A DNA stretch of 64,000 bases from Paraspadella gotoi (taxonomy: Eukaryota > Animalia > Chaetognatha), in assembly GCA_051294375.1 (NCBI GenBank), contig CM119265.1, positions 12,389,866 through 12,453,865 on the forward strand. The letters are read 5' to 3'. Shown here one piece after another: positions 24,605 through 37,704 of the stretch. How positions within the stretch are numbered: position 1 is the stretch's first letter; each line of letters opens with the position of its first letter. A model generated the notes under the pieces. That model was not told the origin of the DNA. It ran no database searches and was given only the letters and a program-made list of their open reading frames with translations. The translations under genes were made by a program, and so were the position numbers.

Positions 24605-25044
24605 CTTTGATTGCTAAAATGGTCTTGGTTTCCTCTTGCTTACATAAAGTTTTTAACTTTTTGATGCGCGCTTTACTGTCCTTTGTTGCCTTAAACTCGT
24701 CTAACCGAATCTGCATGTCGTATGCAGTGGTTTTCTTTCTGTGATACATATATTAACTTTGTTAATTATTTCAAGTTTTTTAAAGCTAAATTTAAAAAAA
24801 AAAAATTTCCCAGCAGTTAAGCTGTTTTTAGCTATCTTAATAAAAAAAATGAACTTTTGTGTATAACCAGTATTGGAAATCTATGTACATCTAACCAGTA
24901 TCACAAACTCGCGGTCATCTCGTCCATCAGCTAAGCCTTGCCAATCAAAACATTTTGAATGAGCTCCAAAAAGTGGTAACCATGACAACAGTGCGCAAGA
25001 AAATTAAGTCAGTAATTCCAGCGATCTCGTGAAGCAATCAAAAT

Positions 25045-28000
25045 ATGGAAGGTCAGGAAGTTTGGACACCTGCATCAACCGTCCCTGAGACTTTTGAACA
25101 AACTGTAAGTCTTTTACTGTACGATGTACATTGTAGTTATCAAAATTCCTCAAAATTGAACCAACGTAATTATTCTATTTCAAGGGAGTCGGTGAGGGAA
25201 AAGGGCCATGGAAGATCAACCAACCAAAAGTTCTGGTGACCGAGGATAATGTGTTCGATGGAGGAGACGAAATGGCGGCATCGATAGGTAAGAAAACTCG
25301 CAATCATTGCAAAGAGGTAAGCGGACAAATATTTGCGGGAATGGTTGCAAAAACTTACGAGAAGTTGATAAAAAAGACAAACAAAGAGTTAAAAATTCAA
25401 TTCTTCGATCAATTAAAGCATCGAAACAGTTCTTGAAAACTGGAATGTAGCTGAGTTTGAAATCCTGCAGGGTTATGCTTTCTAATTATCTTGTAAAAGG
25501 GATTGAGGCCATAACCAAAATGATGTCTTGTTCAAAGTATGGGGCGAATTTATTGTTACTAATGAACATTAAATAATTTTTAAATTGGCTTTACCAATTT
25601 CATATAATAGATTTTTTAAAACTTTTACTCCCAGGCGAATCTCGATCCGATCCAACTTCCCCTTTTTCCCCTAACCGGACGCTGGACCACCTTTTGTCGC
25701 GTGAATTTGGAACCCCACTCCTAGAACAACACGATAATCTCGTCAGCAGCCAATGGAGCTTAAGGTATTCGAATCTAGAACACAGGCCAGTACTTAAATT
25801 GTTAGCTTCTGTAGTCTGCAATTCTTTTTCTTTCACGATGAATTTTCAGTAACTATTTTACAGCATCACATTTACTCTGATATGTAGATCTGCTGTAGGA
25901 GAAATGCGGTCAAGCAGCGCAGGAAGTTGGGACAACGTTGATATGAGACTTCCTCTCAGCTATTTTCGGTAAGGTTGGAATTTGTAACTGTCTTCGATGG
26001 ATAGTTGCTGACGAAACTTTTTTTTAGTGCACTCTGCGTGGAAAGGATGAACAGTGAAGATTTTGATGAATCCCTCAACGAAATGGAAGCCGTTATGCGC
26101 CTTCTCGAAGAGAAGGAGCGTGACTTGGAATTGGCTGCCAGGATCGGACAAACGCTTTTGGCCGACAACAGAAAATTAAAGGCGAGTGGAGCGCGCTTTA
26201 TTCTTCTTTTCTTTCGTGATCAGACTATTTTTCTCCTAACCAGTCGCAAGTGGATTCTCTCGAAGAACAGCTGGGTGGGTCAGAGGAGAAGTCAAGTCAA
26301 TTGCAGCACGAACTGACTGCTAAAAACGAGCTCCTACGCATATACAGTCGCGTCTACGACAGTCAAGAGGATATTTCGTTGCAGCAACAACCTCAATCCC
26401 CGGATAAAGGTTTCTCGATCATTCATTGGAAAAACGATTGTAAACTTTTTTCTTTGGGTCATTGTATTTGATTAATGTTGATCAGATGGTCTCGGTCTTG
26501 CTCTCAATCATCACGGCTACATCGGCGAACGCTCTTCCTCTAATGGCGGGCGAGGATCTGGAGAAGGTTACTTTTTATTCTGCGTCTAACCACTTTTAGA
26601 TGACGTTTATGAGATCGGGGTTGTAAACTTTTTCAAGTTTCACTTGTTACGGTAGAAGACAATAATGTATATTTAAACGCTTTGGCAGTTGATATTTGAT
26701 TATTCGGTATTCTTATATAAAATATTATATTTAATTCACCCAGATACCATGATGCGTTCGGAAGCGAAATTCTATGACGGTGACGGCTCTTGGCCCGGAA
26801 AAGTGCCATTCGCGACGCATGTCAAAAACCTAGAAAACATGCATCGCAAGTTGCAGGTGACCCGACTTACTCGATCTCTCGAACTCTTGACCTTTTTTTT
26901 TTTATTGCACGAGCTAGAGCTTGCGGCGTTCTTTCAGTGACGACGTGAGTGTAGAAATCGTTGCAACATTATAAAGCGGAGATTTGTTTTGCTGCGAGAA
27001 GGAAGATTTTCTTTCGACTTATTTCCGAATCTCCATACAAATGAGAAAACAAATTAAAGTTAATTGAAAAGTAAACTTAAGTTTAAGTCGAAATGTTTTA
27101 AATTTATAAAGACGATCGAAGAAGAGAACCTGAAGCTTCGACTAGAGATGAGTCATATTAAGACGGAGACGATAGACCTTGAAGACCGAGAGAAGGAGCT
27201 CGTCTCCGATGCCCTCCGCCAGCTCAACGACGCCAACAGCAACGTCAAGCGGCTCGCGGACGAGCTGGAAAAGAAAACGGACGAATGCATGGCGCAGCAG
27301 GAAGACGTGACGAATCTCCTTTCCCAAGTATCCGGTCATCGGAAAGCCATGCAAAAGCTGAGCCTAGAAAACGAGGAGCTGGCCTTACATCTTTCCTCGT
27401 CGCAAGACGCCCAGGATCACATGAGGAACCAGCTCGCCGAACTTCAGGTTTCTTGAGGCGAGCGCGTGGTATGTAAATTAGGAGATAGGATAATTAACGA
27501 ATAGATTGAAATTAGGAGAGGTACCAAGCCAGCTGTGATATGCTTAACGAAGCTCGGGTCGATATGAAGGAACTGGAAAAGCGAGTCAAGCCGCGCCTTC
27601 ACTCGGTGTCGAGGGAGCACAGTATTACTTCCGGTTCCGAGACGCTGAGCTCCTCGCCAGGAAGGAGCAGACTCTCGTCGTTCGGCCTCGACGCTCGTCA
27701 CTTGCTGCAAGTTCGTTGAGAAAGGGAAATTCGGTTGATTAATATTCCATTTATTCCACTTATTTTGGGTTTTTAGGAGAATCGTAAACAAATGAACAAC
27801 TTTTTCGGTGGACCCTCCACTCGCGAACGTCTCGCGCACCAAAAGCGCGTCTTGGAAACGGTGCGCGCAGCTTCGAAAAAACTTCGTAACCTTGAACAAC
27901 AACAGTTGAATCTCGAAACTCCGCGATGGAGCGAACCGGAGGTTGACGTCGCAGCGGTTCTGATGTCAAACAGCGATGGGATTCACGGAGAGGATCCTCC

Positions 28001-31000
28001 GAATTCTTACGGAGATAGTGGCAGACTAGAAAGCGTAAAGCCGTCTCGTCGCTGTTCCAGTCCTGTGGAATCCCGGGTCTGTTTCGATGATGGCAAAAAA
28101 TCGTTGTCGAGAAGTGCAATAGAAAGTTCTACAGAGAAACCTCGCGATCGGGCATTGACGTCCGTGACGCGTGTTAGTCAAGTGGACGCGATTCGTACTA
28201 TCTCCAATGCCGGGCCCGTGGCTCGCCCGCAGCACTTGGCGCCACTCGATCTTGGCGAAGCAAATGCGGATTCGAGAAGCAGCGCGTCGTGTAAAAGTAG
28301 GGAATAATAGAGCCACAAACTGCGTGATTGTGGCTTTATTTTAAGCTTTTATTAATTTTTAACTTTCCCAGTGAGTTCACCCGTCGCGACTTGGTCTTCT
28401 TTCCATTCTATCTCGTCCTCGACCATCACACGCGTCACGAGCGCCACATCATCGCAAAAGCTCACCTCCTCTTCCTCTTCATCCCTTTCCCCGAGCATCA
28501 CCGCCGTCAGCGTTGTCGCCCTTCCTCCCATCCCCACTTTTACGCACAATGTGACGACGACATTTTCTAATCAGGTATTTTATCAATCATCAGTGATATC
28601 AATACTAAAACGATCAACCAATATCAATTACATTTTTAATGACCATCAGCTCACCGGCCCGCCGCATATGAGCATTCCCTCGCCGGAGGAACTCGTGAGC
28701 AATTCCATCGACTCTCCGTTGTTGGAATTCGATACCCGAGACTTTTCCGCGAGCGACCGTTCAATTCTAGTCAATTCACTGACGACGACTCGGTTAGTCC
28801 GTTGTTCGTTAATAGCATTTATTGTTATCATGCCGTGATTCCTCGTTCTATTTCCTTTTCTCCCAAGTTCCTGGCCGGCGACTCAGCCCTCCTCGCCACT
28901 GGGTCGACGATCTCTTCCCGATCTCGTCCCGAATCAAGATGTCACTCCGATCGCTTCGTCATCAAGCTTCGGTTTAGCGTCGGCAATTATTAATTCATCA
29001 TCTGCGGACTTAAGCTCCTCCAACAAAGAGGTGCCCAAGTTTTCTCCAATTCCGACGCCCGCGGACATCGCTATTGACATTCTTCCCATCGCCGAGAACG
29101 CGTCGAAGAAGTTGGTTCAGGTTGGACGAAAATAATTTTATATGCGAATGTGAAACTTGTTCTTGAACAGGCTTGCTAATTTTAGGTAAACATGAAAAAG
29201 TCAGACGTGGTGCAGAGTCCTTCAAAGAAAAAGTCAGGAAAAACATGCCAGTCAACGATGCCACCTGTCGTTTTGGGGAGGCCTGGCCTTCCAGGCACTT
29301 CTGGTAAGTTAACGGTTTCCTTTGTCTGAAATTGGTACAACCAATATAAAAAGTATCCATTCATTTAATAAAAAAGCTATCTTGTCCCTGACTTTGGACA
29401 GGCATTGGTGGTTTAAGGCCTTTATCACTCTTACAAGATAATGACATAGCAAGTCCCTGCAAACTTTCAATCAAGAGTCTCATTTATTCACTACCAGAGT
29501 ACCTGGCTTTCCTATCAATGAAGTGGTTTAATATTTCAAAGAATGTTTCAATTGTATGAAGTATTAGATCGGGGAATACTATATTTTACCCCGCCTTGCA
29601 TCAAAATACAAGCAGCTGATTTTTATGAAATTGGTACAACTAATATAAAAATTATCTATTCATTTAATAAATATTAAATAAGCTATCTTGTCCCGGACTT
29701 TGGACAGGCTTTGGTGGTTTAAGGCATCACTCTTACAAGATAATGACATAGCAAGTTTTTTTCCGTGATTTCTGAAATCATTTTCTGTTTTCCTTAAAGA
29801 TTTGGACAATTCCCTTAGTCGTCTGTCAATGAGGCAGGCGTTGCTGCACAACCGACATCAGCAGTTCATCACCGCCCGAAGAAAGCGCCTATTGACGATG
29901 AACACGGATTTAACGGGCAGCACGACCACTCTCACCAACGACTCTCACGATATAGGTTTCGTTTCCAATTCAATTTCTCCCAATCGAATCATCATTAATT
30001 TGGCCTTTTGCTTTATCAGAGAGTCTATCGTCGAGCGTTTTATCCCTCAACGACGACACAGATTCCGAAGATCTCAACCGGAGAAATGCCTCCTATCCTG
30101 GAAGATTAGAAATCGTGAAGCCAATCGAGGGATCCTTTACTTTAAAGGTTGGTATATTTGCCGAGTTGAATCCTATAATCAGCAGTTTCAATTTCTTTTA
30201 ACTTTACCTCCCTACGTATCTCTATTCTACAGCATTGGCAGCAGTTGGCGCGGCCGCAGTTTGGCGGATTAATGGAATCTCGTCCGGGGATTCAACCTTT
30301 TGCTTTACGCGCGCATCGACAAACGCTGGCGCACACCCGAGGCGGCGGGGGGTGGGGCCTTCGTGACAACGTTTTCTCTGATTTTGACGACGAGGAGTTA
30401 TATTCTCTTTCAGGTTGTTTTTGATGACTGACCCTTTACTTTAGTTATCTTCAAAGTAGTTAAAATGTATTAGGGTGAATGAAAACGAAAATTTAATTTT
30501 ATGATTTTTTTTTTTTTTTTTAGATTTCGAGGTAGACGACGACGATGACGTCGAACTGCAGCATTTCATGTTGGGCTCCGAAAATTCTAATGCCCCGAAA
30601 GACACAATAACGAACACAAGAGTATTGCATCTCAGCGACTCTACCGGTGATCCTAATTCTTCGCCGTAATCCGATCGACCTTGCTTTGTTTTCGTAAGGA
30701 TAAATGATAAACAAAATTTCTTTCCACTTAAAAGGCTCAATCCCCAACTTGGCCCAAGAGCTTAACGGACAATACGAGTTTCTCACTCCGACCAAGGACT
30801 TCTCCGCCGACCAGATCCTCAACATGTTCGTCAACCACTTGGAAAAGCCGCCGCCGACGAAATCACCGACGACCGATTCTCCGGTGACGCGACGCGGCAA
30901 CGACGCCACCTCCACCTTTAGCACTGACGCCACCCTGGCACGGCGCCTCGGTGAACGTGGGTCTCGCACATCCTCCATCCTCATCGAATCTCCTGCGGCG

Positions 31001-31840
31001 GGGTCGTCGACCTCGTCCCGCAGTGACACGCCCACCCAGGACAACGGCGCTCCGCCCTGCCCGTCGACTCCTCCGTCGTCGCCGGTGCAGCCGACGTGCC
31101 TGCCGACGACGCCGCCTAATTCCCCGCGCCCGGAGAAACGTCCGTCGCTTTATGACTTCGGTTTCGGACTCTTGGTTTCCGCCTGCGAAAACTCTTATCC
31201 CTGGTGTGCGTCTCGACCGCCTATGCCTAGCGATGTCCCCCCTGGTTCTAACGAGACCACGCCCACCGTCACCCCACCGCCCAGTCGGTTCAACAGTTTG
31301 AGAAAGTAAGAAGGAAACGAAGTGTAGTTACATCCGTGTTAAAAGGCTTTACTTATTATTTTCCTTCCCTTTCCCAGGAAATCCTCTCGTCGGCTTGAAT
31401 TTAACAAGCGCCTCTCGCGAGTCAGTCAAAAGGGAACCGGCGGCTTTTTGGATTTCTTGGAGAACCTGGGCCTCTCGAACCCTTGGTACGCGGGCGAAGA
31501 GTCGGAGGCGGAATCGTACGTGCTGGACGGACACTTGATTGCACGCGATGACGCCAAGGAGACGAGCAATTCCTCTTCGCCCTGGAAAAAAACGGCGAAG
31601 ACGAAGAAACGCGGGATGGACGGAGATAACGGGGAACGAGATAGACGTTGCGGTCGAAGCGTGGGTGGGGCCGATAACGCCAGTGCGGGGGGGTGCGATG
31701 GGAGTGGCGGTGGTGGTTACACTTCGGGCCTAAACGAAATCCTAGATTTCAAAGATAAACGAGGCGAGAAATCGGGAGTCAGGCTGCGAGCCAATATTCT
31801 CAAACCAACCAAAAATCAATTTCTGTCCCATCGAATGTGA
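25045..31840 (+). CDS. TRAK: Trafficking kinesin-binding protein (TRAK/Milton), multi-exon
   Basis: HAP1_N-type LCVERM...EAVMRLLEEKERDLELAARIGQTLL, coiled coil IEEENLKLRLE, and Milton-domain YPGRLEIVKPIEGSFTLKHWQQLARPQFGGLMESRPGI. The 5' exons and the S/T-rich middle exons are uncertain. Confidence 0.9.
29327..29755. repeat. Two nearby copies (29327-29455, 29627-29755) of a short dispersed repeat in a TRAK intron
   Basis: GAAATTGGTACAACCAATATAAAAA...GCTATCTTGTCCC.GACTTTGGACAGGC..TGGTGGTTTAAGGC...ATCACTCTTACAAGATAATGACATAGCAAGT occurs twice. Related pieces lie at about 41200-41265, 48945-49080, 53750-53790, 56205-56350, 59895-59950 and 63225-63275. Confidence 0.8.
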
Positions 31841-32347
31841 TACGAAGTGTTTTTCTTCTCGTTAGCATGTAACTCTTTTTTCGTCGCAGTTTTCTCGTCA
31901 TTGAATTGTTGAGAATTAAAAAAAAGAAAAGATCTCTCCTTTTATTTCTCTTTCTTGTCCGTTTTTGGGCATTATTATCTTTCATTATAACGAAAGTTGC
32001 TTCAGCTAGTAGTTTAGCGAAAATTCGTTCTTATTAATAGTTCATGTTTGCCGTATTTTCTAGTTGTATTTATTTCCTCGAATAAATTTCGTTATTTAAA
32101 GACCATTGTTTTAAATATTTAACGTCTTCTGAAATAAAAATGAAACGCCTGGCGTTGCAAATTGATTCTTTTATTTATTAATAAAGTACAAATTCTGTCT
32201 AAAAGAAAAATGGAGACCCTGTAGTAAGTTTTACAAAAGGGCCGAGTTGTTAAGAAATTTCGTTCCAACGCGACAATGGTGTGACGCTGTTAAGATAGGT
32301 AGTTTAAGGCCTTTGTGGCCGTCGTCCTCGGGGTTATTCTGTTGGAT

Positions 32348-35300
32348 CTATTCCGCCATTATTAAGTTGGCGAGAGACGAGGCCACGAGACCCAGCTTAC
32401 GTTTACCCTCTCGCGCCGTCTTCCCTGAACCCTCTGCATCCACCAGTTTGCCGTGGATGTGGCAGAAGTCCACTTGAGTCGCTTTGTCCGACGGAACCTT
32501 CGACCGATGGAGTTTCCGCAACGACGTACGCGACAGAGGCGCGTCCAGTCTCTCGTCAGCGGCGACCCATCGCGAGGATCCGACGATGTCCTCGTGTGAC
32601 TCGCTCGCCCGTAGCGTCGGTTTTTTGGGAGTAGTCCTTCCGGTCGACGACGACCGGATTCTCGGATCGGATCGTCGAACAACTTTGCCTCTCTTTTCCT
32701 CGGCGAAGTTTGTGTTCGACAGTTCGTTCTCTGTCCGATTGTCTTTCCACATTCCGAAGAGACCCTCCAGGAATTTGTCGACGTTCCGCTGGTCGAAGGC
32801 GGACTTGAGGTCGTCGAATGAAAAGGGCAGGGAAGGCCCGGGCGAGGAGGAAGTCGAGCGTTTCGGCGTCGGAGTTTTTGTTTTCGATTTCGATCGAGAT
32901 TTGGTAGCCGTCGGCGCAGAAGTTGCCTCAGCACTGTTAACTACCGAAGCTGCCTTCAATTTGGAGGCGGAGCCAGAGGAAGTTGTGACGGGGGACGTCG
33001 CCTTCGTTGGGGACGTCAGGATTTGAGTCGATGATTTTGGGCTCCTAGATGCTTCCAACGGAGCTATCGAGCTGACGAATACAAATTGAATATTTTATCT
33101 TATCGCTGAAATTTGAATTGAGCTTTGAGACAGGGGGGGGGCAAGGAGAAGATTACTAAAACTTAATTAACCGATAATAAAAATACAAGCGGAATTTAGT
33201 TTTTTATCCGAATTGATGCAACCTAGTGGAAGGTGTTTCACATTACTTTGAAGACGATTTTCGTCTTTTTTCTTTTTCGCCTTCTTCCCGACGTCTGTCC
33301 CATTCGTTTAAGTTTTCTTGAACGCTTTCCAAGTAGTTGAGATATTTTTGAATCTCTGAATGCGAAAATGAAAATGTATTTAAACTATGTTCTCTAAATG
33401 CGGGGGCAGTTTTGTTCGGAGGCGCGCGCCAACCGGGTTTTCTTCGGGCCGATCGTTCCTTAACCGTCTTCCGCGTTCGGTCGGGATTCTTTTTCCGCGG
33501 AGTCAGAACGTGATACGAAGAGGCGACGTCGTCGAAGGACGAAGGTGGCGCTTCAATGTCCGGATGGGAGAACGACAACAGGGCCTCCCAACTAATCGCT
33601 TTCAGGCCCAGCATCGACACTACCTCTGCGATGGACATGTCAGAAAAAAAATTAAAAAAATACGAAACACATACATGGCTAACTCTTCTAGTTCGCCCTA
33701 CGCATAGAACGTAGGGCCGAGCTTTTCGCGCGGGTCGAAGTTAATTTGTTTTGGACGTTCGGAAAGTTTTCGATCGACGAACGGATCAGTTCAGGGGCGG
33801 CAGCTTTGTCTCGACGACGTATACGTTTTCCTCGCCCTCGTTGACGGTAATGCGAAGGCGATCATCGCCGGCCGTCGATGGCGAAGCAGGCATTGGCTTT
33901 CGTTTCGTTGAAACATTAGGAAGCGCGAGAGGGAAGTTTCTCGAGTGTAAGTCGGATTGAGGCGAAGAATCGAACTGGAAAATGAATACCATAATGTAAA
34001 ACAAATTTTACCATTACTAATATTTATACGTACCCGTTTCAAACAAATATCTGCTGGAATAGTCGATTCGCGTTTAGGCGGAATTTCAGGTTTCGCCAGG
34101 TGATACTCTTGGAAACAGCGCAGCAGTTCAAAGCGGCAAATAGCGTCGTGTCTGAAAAAGTGTAACTTTAAAGAAGGAAGAATCCCAAAAAGAGTCGTAT
34201 TTCCCATAAATAAAAATTCAAGAAGGCAATGCTTGAAAAAAACAAGTTAATTAATTAATTAGGCAATTAATTAATTTGATCCGAAATGTTTGTTTTGATT
34301 GATTAATTGACTGATTAAAAAATTATTGATTAATTAATTGACTAATTAATTATTGATAATTGATTAATTAACTGATTAATTATTTGATTAATTAATACAT
34401 TTTGTATTTACATTTAATATAAAAGGAAAAAGAAGCATAATCAATAAGTGAAACAGGTTTTTTTTCATTTAAACTCATTTCCACTCGGACGATTCCATCG
34501 AAACATATCCAGCTTAATCACACACTTTCCTACCCACATACAAAATTTCAGGGCAATCGCCCCTTCCACTCATAGGTAATTGGCGTTCAAATAGTTAATT
34601 TTTTTTTTTCAATTTAAACTCATTTCCACTCAGACGATTCCATCGAAACTTCATGTCCAGCTCAATCACACACTTCCCTACCCAGTGGGTAGTACCCACA
34701 CACAAAATTTTATTCCAATCCATCCATCCAATCACAAGCTATTGGAGTTTTTTGCTAAGGTGGGATGGACAGACAGACGGACGGACGGACATCGTTTTTT
34801 TTTTTTTTGCATAATTTATCATAATTCGATGTTTTGACATGATAAAAGTTAGTGCCCGACAATATTGAGGGGGCGGACCGACGGACCGACAAAGTGAATT
34901 ATAGAATCAGATCCGACTAAAAAGCGATTATATGCGCTCATGGTTATTAAAATCCTCACTCGATTTTGCCGTTAAAAATTGGTTTAATCAAGAACGTGGA
35001 GCTTTGGTTTTCGAGCCTCTGCAAATACAGCGTCAAGTCTTTCGCCATCGTTTCTCGAGTTTTTGTCAACATGATCGATCGTTGGGATTGTATTTTAATT
35101 CTGAAATTAAAATAGAATCATGGCTAGTTTTTATGATAAAGATAAAGCAAGGTTTATAATCTAATATTGTTTCTCAGACTAAAAGCATGCCCTAATTTTC
35201 TATAAGCATATATTAGAAGACCGTGTACTTATATGACAGATAAGACTCACTTTTCGAAACACAAGGCTTCCATCTTTTCCGCCCATCCTTTCTTAGCATC

Positions 35301-35800
35301 GGACCACTCGTTCTTTGCTTTCCGTCGAAGTTGCATCAGTCGAGCCCAATGAAGCAACTTCCTCGACAGCAATTCCCAGCGCAGAACAGAGATATGAGTA
35401 AACGTCTCCATTTGTCGCCGGGCAGCCTTGAGGGCGACGTTCGATCAGATATAGTAAAGTCAAGCACTTTACCAGGTAAATTATTAATTGTGAAAATAAA
35501 ATATAATGGCGGTTCTTACCTCGTACTGTGTTAAAGTAATTCTTCGATCTTGGACCGCGCTCTTGAGTCGCCGACAATTGCGCTCCAAATTAAAGCTCGT
35601 AAAGTGCATAATAGTCGTTTCCATTTTGTTTTCCTCCGTGTTATGCGGCGTCGAACGTGGCGATCTCGAGTGGTTAGTTCGTTGGACAAAAGACGTTGCT
35701 GTTGGTTTTGCCAATTTTGGAATTTCTTCAAAAATACGGTCTAGTGTGGAGCGGAGATTGGCATTCAGAATGAGTTGGAATCTAAAATTGAGAAACACGG
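32348..35800 (-). CDS. Uncharacterised multi-exon gene(s), S/T/K/R-rich C-terminus; model unresolved
   Basis: CG-rich blocks with splice signals. Phase-consistent joins ...EALCFEK|HDAICRFELLRC... and ...KRRKSSS|SIAPLEASRSPK... (32348-33072). In-frame stops near 33786 and 35445 could not be resolved. Confidence 0.5.
34240..34925 (-). mobile_element. DINE-1/HINE-like non-autonomous element, copy 1
   Basis: On the minus strand it begins TTTTTAGTCGGATCT, followed by (GTCC/GTCT)n and internal about 130-bp repeats (GAAATTTTGTGTGTGGGTAGG...GATGGAATCGTC.GAGTGGAAATGAGTTTAAA). Homologous to 49300-49880 and 54793-55725. Confidence 0.75.
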
Positions 35801-36477
35801 TTTTTTAAAAGGTTTTGCAATGGACAATGGACCATGTCATGGTGGAAATCAAAAATAAATTATATACTAAGTACTAGCATAAGAAAAGAATAATACTAAT
35901 TATAATAACTTATTCCGACTCACCGTAGCTCTTGATTTAATTTCTGTTTTTCTTTCGCGAAATTAGCAACCCTGAAATAGAAAGTTGAACAGGACAGCTA
36001 TGTTGCGCTATAACTTTTGAAACGTAAATAAACATGACTTTTACATTAAATTGTGTTCCTTGTGCGAGCGAAGGAGCTTCTCGGCGAAAGTCGAATTTTC
36101 AATCATCGATTGTCTGCGATTGTTTTTGTCTTTCTGCAAGGTATAATAGTATTGTAATTTGCCTATTTCCATTTGACAATTGACAAGCACCATGTAAATA
36201 CCTCCCGGAGGTCGAATATTTTAGCGAAGATTTCTCCAACCGTTCGCAAAACTAAGAAACAACGATAACTATAAGCGTTAGATTTTTACAACACCCTTTA
36301 ATTGTAAAATACAAGTTAAAAACGCAAAAATAGAAACCCCTTCTACTTTAAGAAAATTAAATAAATATCAAGAATAGCAGAAATTATCTTCAAGAATTTT
36401 TTTAACCCTCGTCGATATTTATCCCGGAATGGATTGGGCCGACGCGGACCTGGTCCCATTAATCGGTGGAAGTGACG

Positions 36478-37674
36478 ATGAAAACTAACGAGGAAGAGGA
36501 AGAAGACGAAAAAGAAAAGGACAAGCAGCGCGCCAAATTAGACGCGTCGAATGGCCCAGCGGAATCCGCGCCAAATCGAGGCATCTCAATCGAATACGCA
36601 TTGTGAAGCGTTCTACGCATGACTAATAATATAGCTCTTATCACCAAATTTATTCACAAGTTCAAACAAGTTCTTTTTTTTTGCTCGTAATTCGTACAAA
36701 GAAAAAGGATCTATTCTAATTCAATATAATTATTAATATTATTATTTAATTCGCTTCACACGGCGTCTTCGATTTCCGGCAAGAGAATAGAACAAAAACC
36801 GACGAATTTTGCGAAAAATCGAAAAGGAAAACGAGCGATTCCCGTCGAAAAGGACGGGTCTATTCCAAAGCACCCAGAGAAGATGACGTCTCGAAAAATG
36901 AACGTGATGATTCGAGGTCATCGAGACGATTTAAAAATCCAGACTCCACGCGGGCCACTGATCCGCGAGGCTTTGTGGAGACCTTTCCGCTCACCCCGTC
37001 CAACGACCGAAGCCCCGGATATTGTCAAGACGATGATGGAATTACGGCGCGAAACTGCGTGGCCTACGGATCGCGCCCACGAAACGACGCGGACGAAAGA
37101 CGGAACCGGGCGCGCCACGCGAACTCAAAGGCCAACGATGGTTCGACGTACACCAACACTTTCCAATCTGATTCTGAAGTGGAAGGGCAGAATCCCGTCA
37201 CGGATCAACCGAGGAAAACGAAACCAAAGGAGACAAGGGCCGCAAAAAAGAAAGTTAATATTTTTTTCATTTCTTTGTTCTTTTTTTTTTATATATTTAA
37301 TCGCCCTTCCTTCCAGCGAGTCCGCGCGCGTGGCATCTGTTGCGCCTCTATCGACATCATGTTCGGGTGCATCGGCCTTCCCGCCTTTTTTGTCGGCTGC
37401 ATACCGCTCTGGCTGGGTCTCTCGGCGATGATCTGTCTTTGCAAGTACACGCCCGACGTAAAACGAGGTCAGCTATATAATTTAAGAATATAATAATAAT
37501 AATAATTACTATGATATCCTATTTAAAAACCCTCCTGACCCTTTTGTAGGAATCTGCCTCGCCAAGGTGGGAATGGGAACCGTTGTCCTCGTCGTCCTCG
37601 GCGTCTTGGCCATCGAGGTCGTCTTTATCGTCTTCATCACTTCGCCCTACAACATGTGGCCCAAGTGGGATTAA
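36478..37674 (+). CDS. Small membrane protein with two hydrophobic segments, dispanin/CD225-like, paralog A (5' exon joins uncertain; last exons ...-37253, 37317-37467, 37550-37674)
   Basis: Disordered N-terminus, then RGICCASIDIMFGCIGLPAFFVGCIPLWLGLSAMICLCKYTPDVKR|GICLAKVGMGTVVLVVLGVLAIEVVFIVFITSPYNMWPKWD-stop. Confidence 0.7.
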
Positions 37675-37704
37675 GAGGCAAACGGCGCCCCTCCCACTAA
37701 TAAT

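Noticed and set aside
32348-35800. Alternative genetic code or stop readthrough to explain internal stops
   Set aside because: Conserved genes in the window use TAA, TAG and TGA as normal stops and have no in-frame stops.
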